This document shows, piece after piece, positions 10,473 through 19,285 of a stretch of 64,000 bases of DNA. Position 1 is the first letter of the stretch; every line of letters starts with the position of its first letter. Made by a program: the position numbers and the translations under genes. The stretch is from Spirochaetota bacterium. GTDB taxonomy: Bacteria > Spirochaetota > UBA4802 > UBA5550. Under the pieces are notes generated by a model. It did not search any database. It saw only the letters and a program-made list of their open reading frames with translations, and was not told the origin of the DNA. The stretch spans positions 3,092,401 to 3,156,400 of the forward strand of contig OY760686.1 in assembly GCA_963663865.1 (NCBI GenBank), read 5' to 3'.

Positions 10473-11015
10473 CTATTGCGCCTTTAGCCGTATTCTCGGT
10501 TCAAAATAGCCGTCAGAGTTGTTTCCGTCTATTACAATCCTTGTTGGACTGACAATCAGGGTTCTTTGTCCATTTTTCTGCTTCACCAGCCTTCCCTTGA
10601 ACAGAAAATAGGATGACTTTGTCTTAACGTACCCGGAAGTTATGTTTATGTATCTTGTCTGTGGAACCTTTTTCATCTCTGAAAGATTGACCCTTATCGT
10701 CTGGTCATCTTCAAGCGTATAGATACCTCTAAAAACGAGAGCGTGAGTATTCAGCCTCAGCGTTATAACAGCCCTGTAATTTTTGTAGAACCTGAACTCG
10801 TAGCCGTATCCGTCCGGATAAAAAAGCTGCCACACACCCCTTATTCCCTCAAAATCCAGTGGGATATTGTCTCCCTTATCCTCCGGTGCTTCTTCAACCA
10901 GAGGCTCAGTTTCAACTTCTTCAGCGGGCTTTTCCTTTATGCATGATGAAGCCGCAACAAAAATAAACAGAATTCCTGTTATTACAGCAAAGATATTCAT
11001 TCGTCTTTTTAACAT
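10473..11015 (-). CDS. Putative lipoprotein
   Basis: Signal peptide with lipobox-like ASSC followed by an acidic/Pro linker. Confidence 0.7.
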   Translation of the reverse strand: MLKRRMNIFAVITGILFIFVAASSCIKEKPAEEVETEPLVEEAPEDKGDNIPLDFEGIRGVWQLFYPDGYGYEFRFYKNYRAVITLRLNTHALVFRGIYTLEDDQTIRVNLSEMKKVPQTRYINITSGYVKTKSSYFLFKGRLVKQKNGQRTLIVSPTRIVIDGNNSDGYFEPRIRLKAQ

Positions 11016-11168
11016 GATTCCACCTTTGACAGGGCTGTTTCCAGCCGGGAAAGATTTATTTTACCGGGTAGACAGTCTGCTGCAGTTTTTTTTAATTTAC
11101 TGATATGTCAATAATCATTTACAGCAGGTCATAACTTCAGGCAAATTTTCTGCCGAGACATCAATATG

Positions 11169-11197
11169 TTGACAAAATAGCGGTCTTTTATTAAATT
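11169..11197 (+). promoter_or_regulatory. sigma70-type promoter of tmRNA
   Basis: TTGACA-N17-TAAATT, 9 nt before the tmRNA 5' end. Confidence 0.7.
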
Positions 11198-11206
11198 GTA
11201 TGTGCA

Positions 11207-11556
11207 GGGGACGATTTTGGTTTCGACTGCAATTGCTGGTCTTCAGTGGCATGCCGAGTATCCTGTCTTCTCGTAAAAAATGGCAGGAATGATTTAACTG
11301 CAAACGACAACTTTGCACTAGCGGCTTAATCCCCGCTACGTCTCCGAAGGCTCCTGTCCTCTGGGATCTTCACGAGGCGTCATAATCAGAGGATAGCCAA
11401 TGAACAGTCTCCCGGGTTCAGAGGTGAAATTTAAGGGAGAACGGCATGCAGGACGGTGCCTTTCCCGGCCCGCATACTGTAACAAAAGAACAGGCTAAGC
11501 ATGTAGAAGCTGTGGATTTGGATTGTAGGACGCGGGTTCGACTCCCGCCGTCTCCA
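11207..11556 (+). ncRNA. ssrA: tmRNA (transfer-messenger RNA), tag ANDNFALAA
   Basis: 5' GGGGACG...GGTTTCGAC; resume codon GCA at 11300, tag ends TAA at 11329; 3' T-arm GCGGGTTCGACTCCCGC and acceptor CGTCTCCA with G3:U wobble; CCA not encoded. Confidence 0.96.
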
Positions 11557-11568
11557 AGACTTAACTCC

Positions 11569-12210
11569 CTATTCCTCAAGAAATCCGGCTATATCCATAG
11601 TATCGGCAAACCTTCCGCCAACACGGCTAAGCAGGATTTTTTTTACTGAATCAGGAATGATTTCCTGGACATCCCTTGTTTCATTTTGTCTGTCCATGTA
11701 GATAATGTTGAGCTCAGAGTCAACTGCTACAAACATGCTGTACATATCAATGTATTGAAGTTCGGGAGAATAGAAACCGTCCACCTCATAGATGACAAGA
11801 GCGTCGAGACCGCTGTCTGCCATGACTTTCATAAGAGCTTCGCGGTTCATTCTTAAAAAAAGATTAATAACACCTGTTGTTTTAAATTTCAAAAAGGATT
11901 TATTCTCAGAGTACTGGCAGAATTTTCCAAAAACAGCGTCGTACGAATAAACCGCTTCGGTCAGATTTTTGTCCTCAAGAAAGACAAAGGGCCTGCTCTC
12001 GCGGTATGCTCCCGCCCACTTCTGAAGCGAAAGCATTAGCTCCTCGCGCGGAAGCATTGTGCTTGCGGGGGTTCTCAATATTACACCGGCCTTGCTCACT
12101 GAAGAGAGCTTTGCCGAATCAGACAGCTCCTTCTTCACCCCGTAAGACGAACAACCGGCAGCAACCGAGAAAAGCACCGATACTATAAATAATCGAAATA
12201 ATGTTTTCAT
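11569..12210 (-). CDS. Putative lipoprotein
   Basis: MKTLFRLFIVSVLFSVAAGC lipobox. Confidence 0.72.
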   Translation of the reverse strand: MKTLFRLFIVSVLFSVAAGCSSYGVKKELSDSAKLSSVSKAGVILRTPASTMLPREELMLSLQKWAGAYRESRPFVFLEDKNLTEAVYSYDAVFGKFCQYSENKSFLKFKTTGVINLFLRMNREALMKVMADSGLDALVIYEVDGFYSPELQYIDMYSMFVAVDSELNIIYMDRQNETRDVQEIIPDSVKKILLSRVGGRFADTMDIAGFLEE

Positions 12211-12229
12211 TGTTTATTCCCTCTAATTT

Positions 12230-13030
12230 TCAATCAAGGAGGCCGAACACCTGTGGCGCTGCGTCCGTAAGGGCCCATGCGACAGGCTCACTGGAAACAC
12301 CGCCGTAATAATCGACCATGTTAAAATGCCCGAGCCAGGTTAAAAGATAAAAATCGATAAATGACGCAAAGAACAGGTCATTTTTTCTTGCAACGCCAGT
12401 CAACTCACTGAAATCGTTAGCTACCTCCTGAACCTGCGCTTTTTTTCTTCTGAGAAGCACATCCCTGAATATTGAGCGGTCCCGCTGCAGAAGTTCAGCC
12501 AGCTCATGGTCTGAAGGGAACAGCTCTTTCCATTCAACATCATTCCAGAAGGTTCTCATCAGTCTGCAATAGAGCAGACGCCGGTCGCCTTCAACACCGG
12601 AAACCTTCACTCGCCCCTTCGATTTCTCAATCAGGCCGCAGACCTTCATTATCATTGCCATCTGCCTGAGATATATATCGGCGAGGCAATGGTCGATTTT
12701 TTCATGAGAAGAACACTGGCTGATAAAACTGTCGGCTGAAATACTGTAGTATTCATCCGGCAGAAGACATCCCCTGTCATGCGAACACTCCCTGCCGTCA
12801 GCAGTTGCCGCAATAAAACTACAGAGCCTTACGGCCAAGCAGTTCTCCGCTTCCGCCGGAGCCGAGTCCCGGTCTGAAACGATATAGGCGTGGTAGGAGG
12901 AAGCTGCGTCAAAACGCTCCATCACTGACGGCACAGCCGACTGCGACGGATAACAGGCAGAAAAATCCACTCCCGCGGTAAAAAAAGACATTTTTTTTCT
13001 TTTTGCTGTGATGTAGCCGTTATCTGACAT
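12230..13030 (-). CDS. Hypothetical protein
   Basis: 266-aa ORF with RBS GGAAGG; no recognised motif. Confidence 0.6.
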   Translation of the reverse strand: MSDNGYITAKRKKMSFFTAGVDFSACYPSQSAVPSVMERFDAASSYHAYIVSDRDSAPAEAENCLAVRLCSFIAATADGRECSHDRGCLLPDEYYSISADSFISQCSSHEKIDHCLADIYLRQMAMIMKVCGLIEKSKGRVKVSGVEGDRRLLYCRLMRTFWNDVEWKELFPSDHELAELLQRDRSIFRDVLLRRKKAQVQEVANDFSELTGVARKNDLFFASFIDFYLLTWLGHFNMVDYYGGVSSEPVAWALTDAAPQVFGLLD

Positions 13031-13252
13031 TCAACCTTCCGCCGTTAAAAACCGAACATAATTATACAATGCGACAGGGAAGCGTCCGCCCTGCTATCGT
13101 GCAAGTCTGAAGCTTTCGCAACACTATACGAATTAATTAATTTAGTAAATTAATTTTTTATTTCTGACAAAATAATTTGCATATTTACTATTAATCCTAT
13201 TAATTCGATTACCATTAAACTTCCGGCGCTGCCTTTCCACTGCTGTGGATTA

Positions 13253-13319
13253 ATAAAAAAAATTCAGACATCCCTAACAGCCTTGATCGCATGCGGTACA
13301 GGCTGAACGATATCTGAAT
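13253..13319 (-). terminator. Long bulged hairpin followed by a U-run, downstream of the flagellin-like gene
   Basis: Minus strand ATTCAGATATC-gtt-CAGCCT...AGGCTG-ttagg-GATGTCTGAAT then TTTTTTTATT. Confidence 0.55.
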
Positions 13320-13402
13320 CCGATTTACTTCAAACAGTACTATCACTGCACGTCTTAACTGTCTTGTTGATCAACGCCTATGAGTCAACCAAATTTCTCC
13401 GC

Positions 13403-14110
13403 TTAACCCAACAATGCTGAAACCGCATCTCGCTGTATGTTCCCCTGCGTGGCAAGTGCGTTTGCAGGTGAACCGCCGATTGCAGCGCCTACAGCAGAAG
13501 CGGCCTCATAGGGGTTCTCAACATCTACGTTATAGGTCTCAACAGCTGAGGTCATAACAGCGGCCGCCTCTCCAGCCGCTGCCTCATAGGCGGAGTAGGT
13601 ATCACCCAGACTGGACTCCAGATCAGCAAAAAACTCCGGGTTTGGCCTTTCGCCTGCCGCAAGTCCCGATGCCCCGAAACGCAGCGACACAATGGCTGCT
13701 TCAGGTGAAGGTATATCGAAGCTCACCGATGCTGCCGCCGGCGACAAAGCAGGTATAACTATGGAGGTTCTTAACTCCGGAAGGTTCTCGGGAAGCTGGC
13801 TCGACGCCTCAGCAACCGCAGCAGAATCAAGCCTGCCCGTTCTTACAGCGTCAGCGGCTGCATTCTTCAGCTGTGAAGAAACCACTATAGCCCTCTGTAC
13901 AATGCTCATGGAGGCCTGCGCGACACTGAGCGCCTCGCCTAAAGCCCTCTCAACAGAAAGCCTTGAAAGGATTGCCTGATTATAATCCCGCCCATTACCA
14001 GCCGAATCAGGCCCGACTGCAGCTGAAGCCGCGCTGGAACGTACAGGAGTTCTCGGACTGTTCAAAGCCCTCCGGGCAGAAACATCGCCAATATCCGTAT
14101 TGATCTTCAT
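13403..14110 (-). CDS. Divergent short flagellin-like protein
   Basis: N-terminus MKINTDIGDVSARRALN and C-terminus ANALATQGNIQRDAVSALLG resemble flagellin D0 termini; Ala-rich helical; RBS GGAGG. Confidence 0.6.
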   Translation of the reverse strand: MKINTDIGDVSARRALNSPRTPVRSSAASAAVGPDSAGNGRDYNQAILSRLSVERALGEALSVAQASMSIVQRAIVVSSQLKNAAADAVRTGRLDSAAVAEASSQLPENLPELRTSIVIPALSPAAASVSFDIPSPEAAIVSLRFGASGLAAGERPNPEFFADLESSLGDTYSAYEAAAGEAAAVMTSAVETYNVDVENPYEAASAVGAAIGGSPANALATQGNIQRDAVSALLG

Positions 14111-14134
14111 GTTACCCTCCCTGTGCCCGTAATA

Positions 14135-14163
14135 ATAATAAGAACTGAAAATGCCAATGTCAA
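14135..14163 (-). promoter_or_regulatory. sigma70-type promoter of the flagellin-like gene
   Basis: TTGACA-N17-TATTAT on the minus strand. Confidence 0.65.
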
Positions 14164-14190
14164 ACTGAAATTTTCAGCTTTTTCGATTGC

Positions 14191-15771
14191 TCAGAAATTA
14201 CAGCTTGCGCCGGCGTCAAAACGCCTGTCGTAAACACCTTTGCTGCTGTAAACCAGCTCTGCCCTGAGATTGCATGACAGAGAAGAATTGGCTTCGAGCA
14301 CTATAAGGATTGCATTGATATTAAGAGCTTTTCTGAACATGCTTCCAGTGCTGACTGACCCGGCAAAGGGCGCCGGATTGAGAAATACAGGGTTATGGGC
14401 AGATGCTTCGACTCTGATATAGTCAAACCTCATTCGGACAAGCTCCGGTTCCGTCCACTTGAGCGCGCACCCTGCTGACCAGGCTGCCTCCGCCCCTCTC
14501 CTCTTCTGAAGGGATGAGCTCATTAACACGGACAGCCCCCGGCGGAAAAGCGCCGATCCTGAGAGCTTGAACTGATGTGAGACTGCCAGCCCATCCCCGT
14601 CAGTCACCAGGTGAACATATTTCATCTTCGCTGAAAATGATTCAGATTTGCGCTCAAGGAATGCCTCTTCCCGATGAGCAGAACGCAGATATGCTGATTG
14701 CCCTGATGCGGAATTGTTTACTTCAGCTGAAGAACTCAGCCCGGCATTGAGTTTTCTCGAAAGCTTAAGAAGCAATGCCCCTTCATATCTCGCTGAGGGG
14801 GCGCCCGGATCGCTGCTGACGGGAGCGAAAAAGCCCTGCCTCATCCCTTCACCAGAGACGGACAACGTATAAAAGCCCGGGCTGATTACAAGTCCCCCGG
14901 AAAACCCCAGGCTGTCCGAGCGTCCGGCGGCGCCTGACTCCTGCAGACGAAAGGCACATCCGGCCTCAAACCATGCGGTAAATGTTTTGTCGCTGTACCC
15001 GGCAAAGAGGCTTTCTCCTCCATAGCCCCAGTGAGCAGCGCTGCCGTCTCCGCTCCCGACTTGCATTTTTCTCATCGTGTAATCGAAAACGCCTCCTCTC
15101 AGAAAGCACAGCTGAATAGAAAAGTTTTTTAAATACAACAGGGCCAGAACTATACCTGAGTCCAACAGCATGACCGGCTCAGTGTACTTTTCTGAGGGAT
15201 TAAGCTTCGTATTGATACCCGATATTGATACGGTGGTACGCCCGCTGTCAAAGTCACCGCCGGGGAAATAGCGCCTCCTGCATGAAATAAATGGGTACAG
15301 GGCTATTCTGTTCTCATCTGTCCCGAACGAGATCCCGGCGGCAGCCCCGGCCATCAAATAGAGAGGATTAGCGGTGGCCGGGGCTGCGATCACTGCAGAG
15401 CGGCCCGCCCTCCTGCGGGGCGAAAAAGCGTCAGCGCTGAAAAAGCTGCGTTTCCCGAGGATGAGCCCTGTTCCGGAGGAAACCGTGTATCCGCCAAGAG
15501 CGATCTCAAAGCCGGGCAGCGCATCCCCCAGATAGAGGCTCCCCGCCCATGTCCTGTCAGCTTCTGAAGGGACATCGGCATAACCCGCGCTGAAATGCGA
15601 ATCCTCCGATAGATTGAGCTTTACCAGAGACCTGAAATACTCCTTCTCTGACGCATCGTAATCTACATAGTCTCTCCTGAACTCCGTTTTAATGAGATAC
15701 TCGGGATACCGCTCAGCCTCAGCACCTGCGGCTGCCAGAATAAGCGCTGCTGTTACAGATAGGAGGAACAC
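14191..15771 (-). CDS. Putative outer-membrane beta-barrel protein (resembles the barrel part of ComEA/HhH-barrel proteins)
   Basis: Signal peptide, alternating beta-strand pattern, IALGGYTVSSGTGLILG motif, terminal Phe. Confidence 0.6.
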   Translation of the reverse strand: MFLLSVTAALILAAAGAEAERYPEYLIKTEFRRDYVDYDASEKEYFRSLVKLNLSEDSHFSAGYADVPSEADRTWAGSLYLGDALPGFEIALGGYTVSSGTGLILGKRSFFSADAFSPRRRAGRSAVIAAPATANPLYLMAGAAAGISFGTDENRIALYPFISCRRRYFPGGDFDSGRTTVSISGINTKLNPSEKYTEPVMLLDSGIVLALLYLKNFSIQLCFLRGGVFDYTMRKMQVGSGDGSAAHWGYGGESLFAGYSDKTFTAWFEAGCAFRLQESGAAGRSDSLGFSGGLVISPGFYTLSVSGEGMRQGFFAPVSSDPGAPSARYEGALLLKLSRKLNAGLSSSAEVNNSASGQSAYLRSAHREEAFLERKSESFSAKMKYVHLVTDGDGLAVSHQFKLSGSALFRRGLSVLMSSSLQKRRGAEAAWSAGCALKWTEPELVRMRFDYIRVEASAHNPVFLNPAPFAGSVSTGSMFRKALNINAILIVLEANSSLSCNLRAELVYSSKGVYDRRFDAGASCNF

Positions 15772-17036
15772 AGATTTAACACCTTCTCCTTGACAGCTCC
15801 TTTGAGCCCGAGCTCATTCAGGCCGTTCCTCCTCTGCACCCGGGTTTTCCTCTGAAGTATATCAATAACCTCAAGCGCGTTGACAGGGTTAAGCCCGGCA
15901 TTGAGCAGACCGGAAAAGAGCGAGCTCTTCTGATGCCCTGTCATCTCGCTTCGCCCGCTTTTTCTAAAGCTGCGACGCTTTTCACGCTCCGGCTTACGCT
16001 CCTTCTCAAAACCATAAGCATGGTTATAGAGAACGCCGATATCCCCCCCGTCCATGCCAAGCTGAATGAGAGCATCTTCACTGACAGGGCCTATCAGCCG
16101 CCTGTATTTGATTAGCCTCTCCCTGAAAAGCACCGGAACCGCTTCCATCCCCATTATCTCTTCATCGGAGCATGTCCGTATATCAACCTTCCGGGGCAGC
16201 TCTGCGTCCAGCTCTGTATTGAGCCCTGAATAGCTTAGTGAATCAAAGCTCCCGCCGCCGAAGCGGAGTGAAACACCGGCCGTATGCGTGCTTCCAAGAT
16301 AGGGGTGCCTGAGCAGTGAATATGTAAAGGAAAGACTCGAGACGTTAACCTCAACTCCCAGGCCGTAGGACAATGTCTCCCTGGAATATCCGGCCCTGAG
16401 CAGTATGTACTGCTGAATACGTACTGAGACTGTAAAGGTGTTGATATAGCCGTAAGCTGACGATGTGATGTTATACGAGGCGGCGAGGCCCTTAACCGGA
16501 ACAAATGACGCGCCCGCGCTCCATTCCGGGGAGAGCAGAGAGCTTCCCTGGAAGGAACGAATGTTCTCACATGCCCCGGCAAGCACCAGCCTTCTTGACA
16601 GCGGGATATTGACGTAAGCGCTCAGGTCAGCCTCTCCCTCCAGGCCTCCATCCTCAAATTTCACCCAGGAATACCCCGCGCTTAGCCCGGCCGCCAAAAA
16701 ACCGGCCGGCCGGAATCCCGCGCCGATGGAAATCTCATTTTCACGGTACCCTTCGGCTCCGAAGTTTTCCCACGAAAACAGAAAACCCGCTCCGGAAACC
16801 GGAAAGAGCGCCTGCATGTTTCCGCATAAAAGCCCTGTGCCGGTGTAAGGGCGCCCCCCTGCCATGCTGATGCGGGGCCCGGGCAGTCCCGCGCTGTACG
16901 AGGTATTGAGCACCGCTGATCCCGAGAATCCCTCTGAGGCGGCTACGGTATACGGGAACATGCCTTCAAAACAGGCAGGCCTGTACTCAAAGGCCGTCAC
17001 GAGTGCGGCCGCCAGAACAAGCATGGAGACACTCAT
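15753..17036 (-). CDS. PorV/PorP-like beta-barrel fused to a ComEA-type helix-hairpin-helix domain
   Basis: Likely start ATG 17036 overlaps the upstream stop (ATGA); barrel strands end HPYLGSTHTAGVSLRF, then VDIRTCSDEEIMGM...RLIKYRRLIGPV HhH-like segment. Confidence 0.6.
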   Translation of the reverse strand: MSVSMLVLAAALVTAFEYRPACFEGMFPYTVAASEGFSGSAVLNTSYSAGLPGPRISMAGGRPYTGTGLLCGNMQALFPVSGAGFLFSWENFGAEGYRENEISIGAGFRPAGFLAAGLSAGYSWVKFEDGGLEGEADLSAYVNIPLSRRLVLAGACENIRSFQGSSLLSPEWSAGASFVPVKGLAASYNITSSAYGYINTFTVSVRIQQYILLRAGYSRETLSYGLGVEVNVSSLSFTYSLLRHPYLGSTHTAGVSLRFGGGSFDSLSYSGLNTELDAELPRKVDIRTCSDEEIMGMEAVPVLFRERLIKYRRLIGPVSEDALIQLGMDGGDIGVLYNHAYGFEKERKPEREKRRSFRKSGRSEMTGHQKSSLFSGLLNAGLNPVNALEVIDILQRKTRVQRRNGLNELGLKGAVKEKVLNLCSSYL

Positions 17037-18046
17037 CTTTTCCGCCCGAGTACGATGAGAAACTTCTTCCTCTGGGCCCTTTTCCGCTCCCGGGATACAG
17101 CCTCTACCAGCACGGGATATATCCCGGCCGGCAGGGTCGCCACCGAAGGGCTCTCCCAGTAGAGACTGAAATATCCGGGGGCAATATCCCTGGCAAGGTC
17201 CGTGGAATAGAGCATCACTCCAGTCGATGAAAACACCCTCAATCTGAGGCTGCATTCCTCATTCACGAAGAGAGGCACCTCGACAGATGCGGTTGCCGCG
17301 TCCCTTCGCACGTTGATTCTGCCTTTTCTAAGCTTAAAAACATCTCCAGCTGGTTCTCCGGAGCTGATTATGTTTTCCCTGCCCGGTGTCTGAAACCTGG
17401 TTACGGCAAAATCAGCAGAGCTGTTGCAATCGGGAACCGGCAGGCGTGAAACAGAAAAGTGCCCCTTCAGGCCGTTAGCCCCTATATCAATGCTGCTCTT
17501 CTGGACATCATCCGCTGCAGTCCATTGACCCGCGGCCGAGGCGCAGCGGATATAGCCTGTAACTGCTTTATTGGGAGTTCCGTCCATGTTTGAATACGCC
17601 GCAAAATCAATGATTCCGCCGTTTTCCGGATCGTCATCAGTATCTATAGAAACAACACCTTCCGAATTCCATAGAGCAGCAGAGTAGTTGGAACAGCTGA
17701 CTTCCAGAATACCGTTTCCATTAATGTCGCCGCTCAGATCCGATTCAGTCGCTGAGGCGCCCTCGTGCATATAAACTACTATGAACCTGTCGTCCCAGGG
17801 TGTGTCCGGGCTGTCCTCACTGCGGATAGTGACTGGTTCCAGCGACAGCCGCATATTGCTGCCGTAGTAGCAGGTCACGAAGAGCGGAGAAACATCCATG
17901 CTCTCCCCCGGCCCGCCGGAAAAGCAAAGTTCAACCCAGTCGTTTTCCGTATTTGTTACGAACTCGTTGATTGACAGACCCGCCAGCGCTTCTTCACTGA
18001 AACAGACACACAGGACAAGGGCGATAAGGAGCAGTTTTGTTTTCAT
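17033..18046 (-). CDS. Secreted lamin-tail-domain protein with a C-terminal FlgD/T9SS-CTD-like Ig domain
   Basis: Signal peptide; LSINEFV...DWVEL and TPGREN LTD hallmarks; C-terminal LRVFSSTGVML...YWE...LPAGIYPVLVEA...RKKFLIVLGR. Confidence 0.68.
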   Translation of the reverse strand: MKTKLLLIALVLCVCFSEEALAGLSINEFVTNTENDWVELCFSGGPGESMDVSPLFVTCYYGSNMRLSLEPVTIRSEDSPDTPWDDRFIVVYMHEGASATESDLSGDINGNGILEVSCSNYSAALWNSEGVVSIDTDDDPENGGIIDFAAYSNMDGTPNKAVTGYIRCASAAGQWTAADDVQKSSIDIGANGLKGHFSVSRLPVPDCNSSADFAVTRFQTPGRENIISSGEPAGDVFKLRKGRINVRRDAATASVEVPLFVNEECSLRLRVFSSTGVMLYSTDLARDIAPGYFSLYWESPSVATLPAGIYPVLVEAVSRERKRAQRKKFLIVLGRKR

Positions 18047-18133
18047 GACGCCTCCGTCAGTTAAACGGCCGGCGGAAGGCAGGAATAAAATTTAAAAAAA
18101 TAACTCGACATACTTCATGCCGGGTTTCTTCTG

Positions 18134-19282
18134 GTGCAAACGCCTAAAAAGTGTAATGGGATGAGCGGAAAGACAAAGACATTCATGGGTTCGAAGATTA
18201 GTCCGAGATATCTCGGCGCATTTGCTTCAGGAATCAGGGATATTATCGCGTCGTCAGACGACCGAAACCAGGCCCTGGCCCGCGTGTCCTCAGTCTCAGT
18301 TGAGGCCTTCGGACGCGAAATCAGCCCCACAGTTCTTGAAAAGCCGGACAGGCTTTCCATATCGTTCCTTGAACTGCTTGACCAGATCGTTTTTGAGATC
18401 AACGAAAATCAAAGCGATTCCGAAACAATAAAGGACTACATCGCCGAGAACCTCTTCAAAAGAGTGACTATCTTCAGCGAAGCGATGACGGAAATCTCCG
18501 CTTACAGCAGGAGCCTGCAGTCCAGGCCGCTCAGCGTTGATGACACCCTCATAATATCACACTTCCGAATGAATGAATTTGTGCCGGAGCTGATTAACGA
18601 GTTTGCCGAAAACCCCGCGCTTCAGAAACACATTCTCAGAGCGCTGCTCCGTTTTAATCCTGATGAAACTGTATCCTTCATGTCAGAAATAGCCTCAGGA
18701 CCCTACTGCCCTGAGGCCCGGGCGACCGCGCTTGCTTCGCTGAAAAAGTCCTCCGCTGGAACGGAGATTCTCGCGTCCCTCGAAGAAAACGGGAAGTCCT
18801 CGCTGCTCCGTTACGCTTCCCTTTTTAATGCCGCCAATATCCCCGGGAATATAAAGCCGTACACTCCTGAAACCTGCGCGTTCGCGTCATATCTGATTGA
18901 AGCCGACAGCGCACTCATAAATGACATTCCGTCTCTCATCTGGTTTTGCGGGATTTTCGAGTCGTTCCCGGACGCGCCGGGAAACAGCGAGAACCCGAAA
19001 TACTCGGGAATTTTCCGGGCCCTGACTCATGTCCTCGTTGAGCTTCCCCGAACGCTCCTCAAGGACGCAGTCAAGTCAGACATCGCGCTAACCGCGCTCA
19101 CCTCCTTTATTGACTCGCTTCCGAGATCAGTATTCAGCAGAATAGCCGTAGCCCTTGACCCGCTGGGCAGCTCCTTTCATGACCCGGTAGGCGCTCTTGT
19201 CGAAAGCGGCAAAATAGTTTTGGACGGCCCGTCTTCCAACACGCTCAGCTACCTCATGCGTGACACCGCTTCCGCTTTTTAA
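18134..19282 (+). CDS. Hypothetical alpha-helical (HEAT-like) protein
   Basis: 382-aa ORF with helical repeat character; start uncertain (ATG at 18161 or 18185). Confidence 0.6.
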   Translation: MQTPKKCNGMSGKTKTFMGSKISPRYLGAFASGIRDIIASSDDRNQALARVSSVSVEAFGREISPTVLEKPDRLSISFLELLDQIVFEINENQSDSETIKDYIAENLFKRVTIFSEAMTEISAYSRSLQSRPLSVDDTLIISHFRMNEFVPELINEFAENPALQKHILRALLRFNPDETVSFMSEIASGPYCPEARATALASLKKSSAGTEILASLEENGKSSLLRYASLFNAANIPGNIKPYTPETCAFASYLIEADSALINDIPSLIWFCGIFESFPDAPGNSENPKYSGIFRALTHVLVELPRTLLKDAVKSDIALTALTSFIDSLPRSVFSRIAVALDPLGSSFHDPVGALVESGKIVLDGPSSNTLSYLMRDTASAF

Positions 19283-19285
19283 TTC

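Noticed and set aside
11529-11556. tRNA gene
   Set aside because: The T-arm and acceptor belong to tmRNA; no separate cloverleaf was seen in the window
11115-11649. Short ORFs 11115-11318 and 11446-11649
   Set aside because: They overlap the tmRNA and are spurious
7092-12210. Prophage or island integrated at tmRNA
   Set aside because: No integrase, no duplicated tmRNA 3' end and no capsid or terminase genes; the fibre-like gene lies on the 5' side of ssrA
17037-17255. N-terminal extension of the 500-aa ORF
   Set aside because: Overlaps the upstream gene in another frame; ATG 17036 gives a signal-like N-terminus and ATGA coupling
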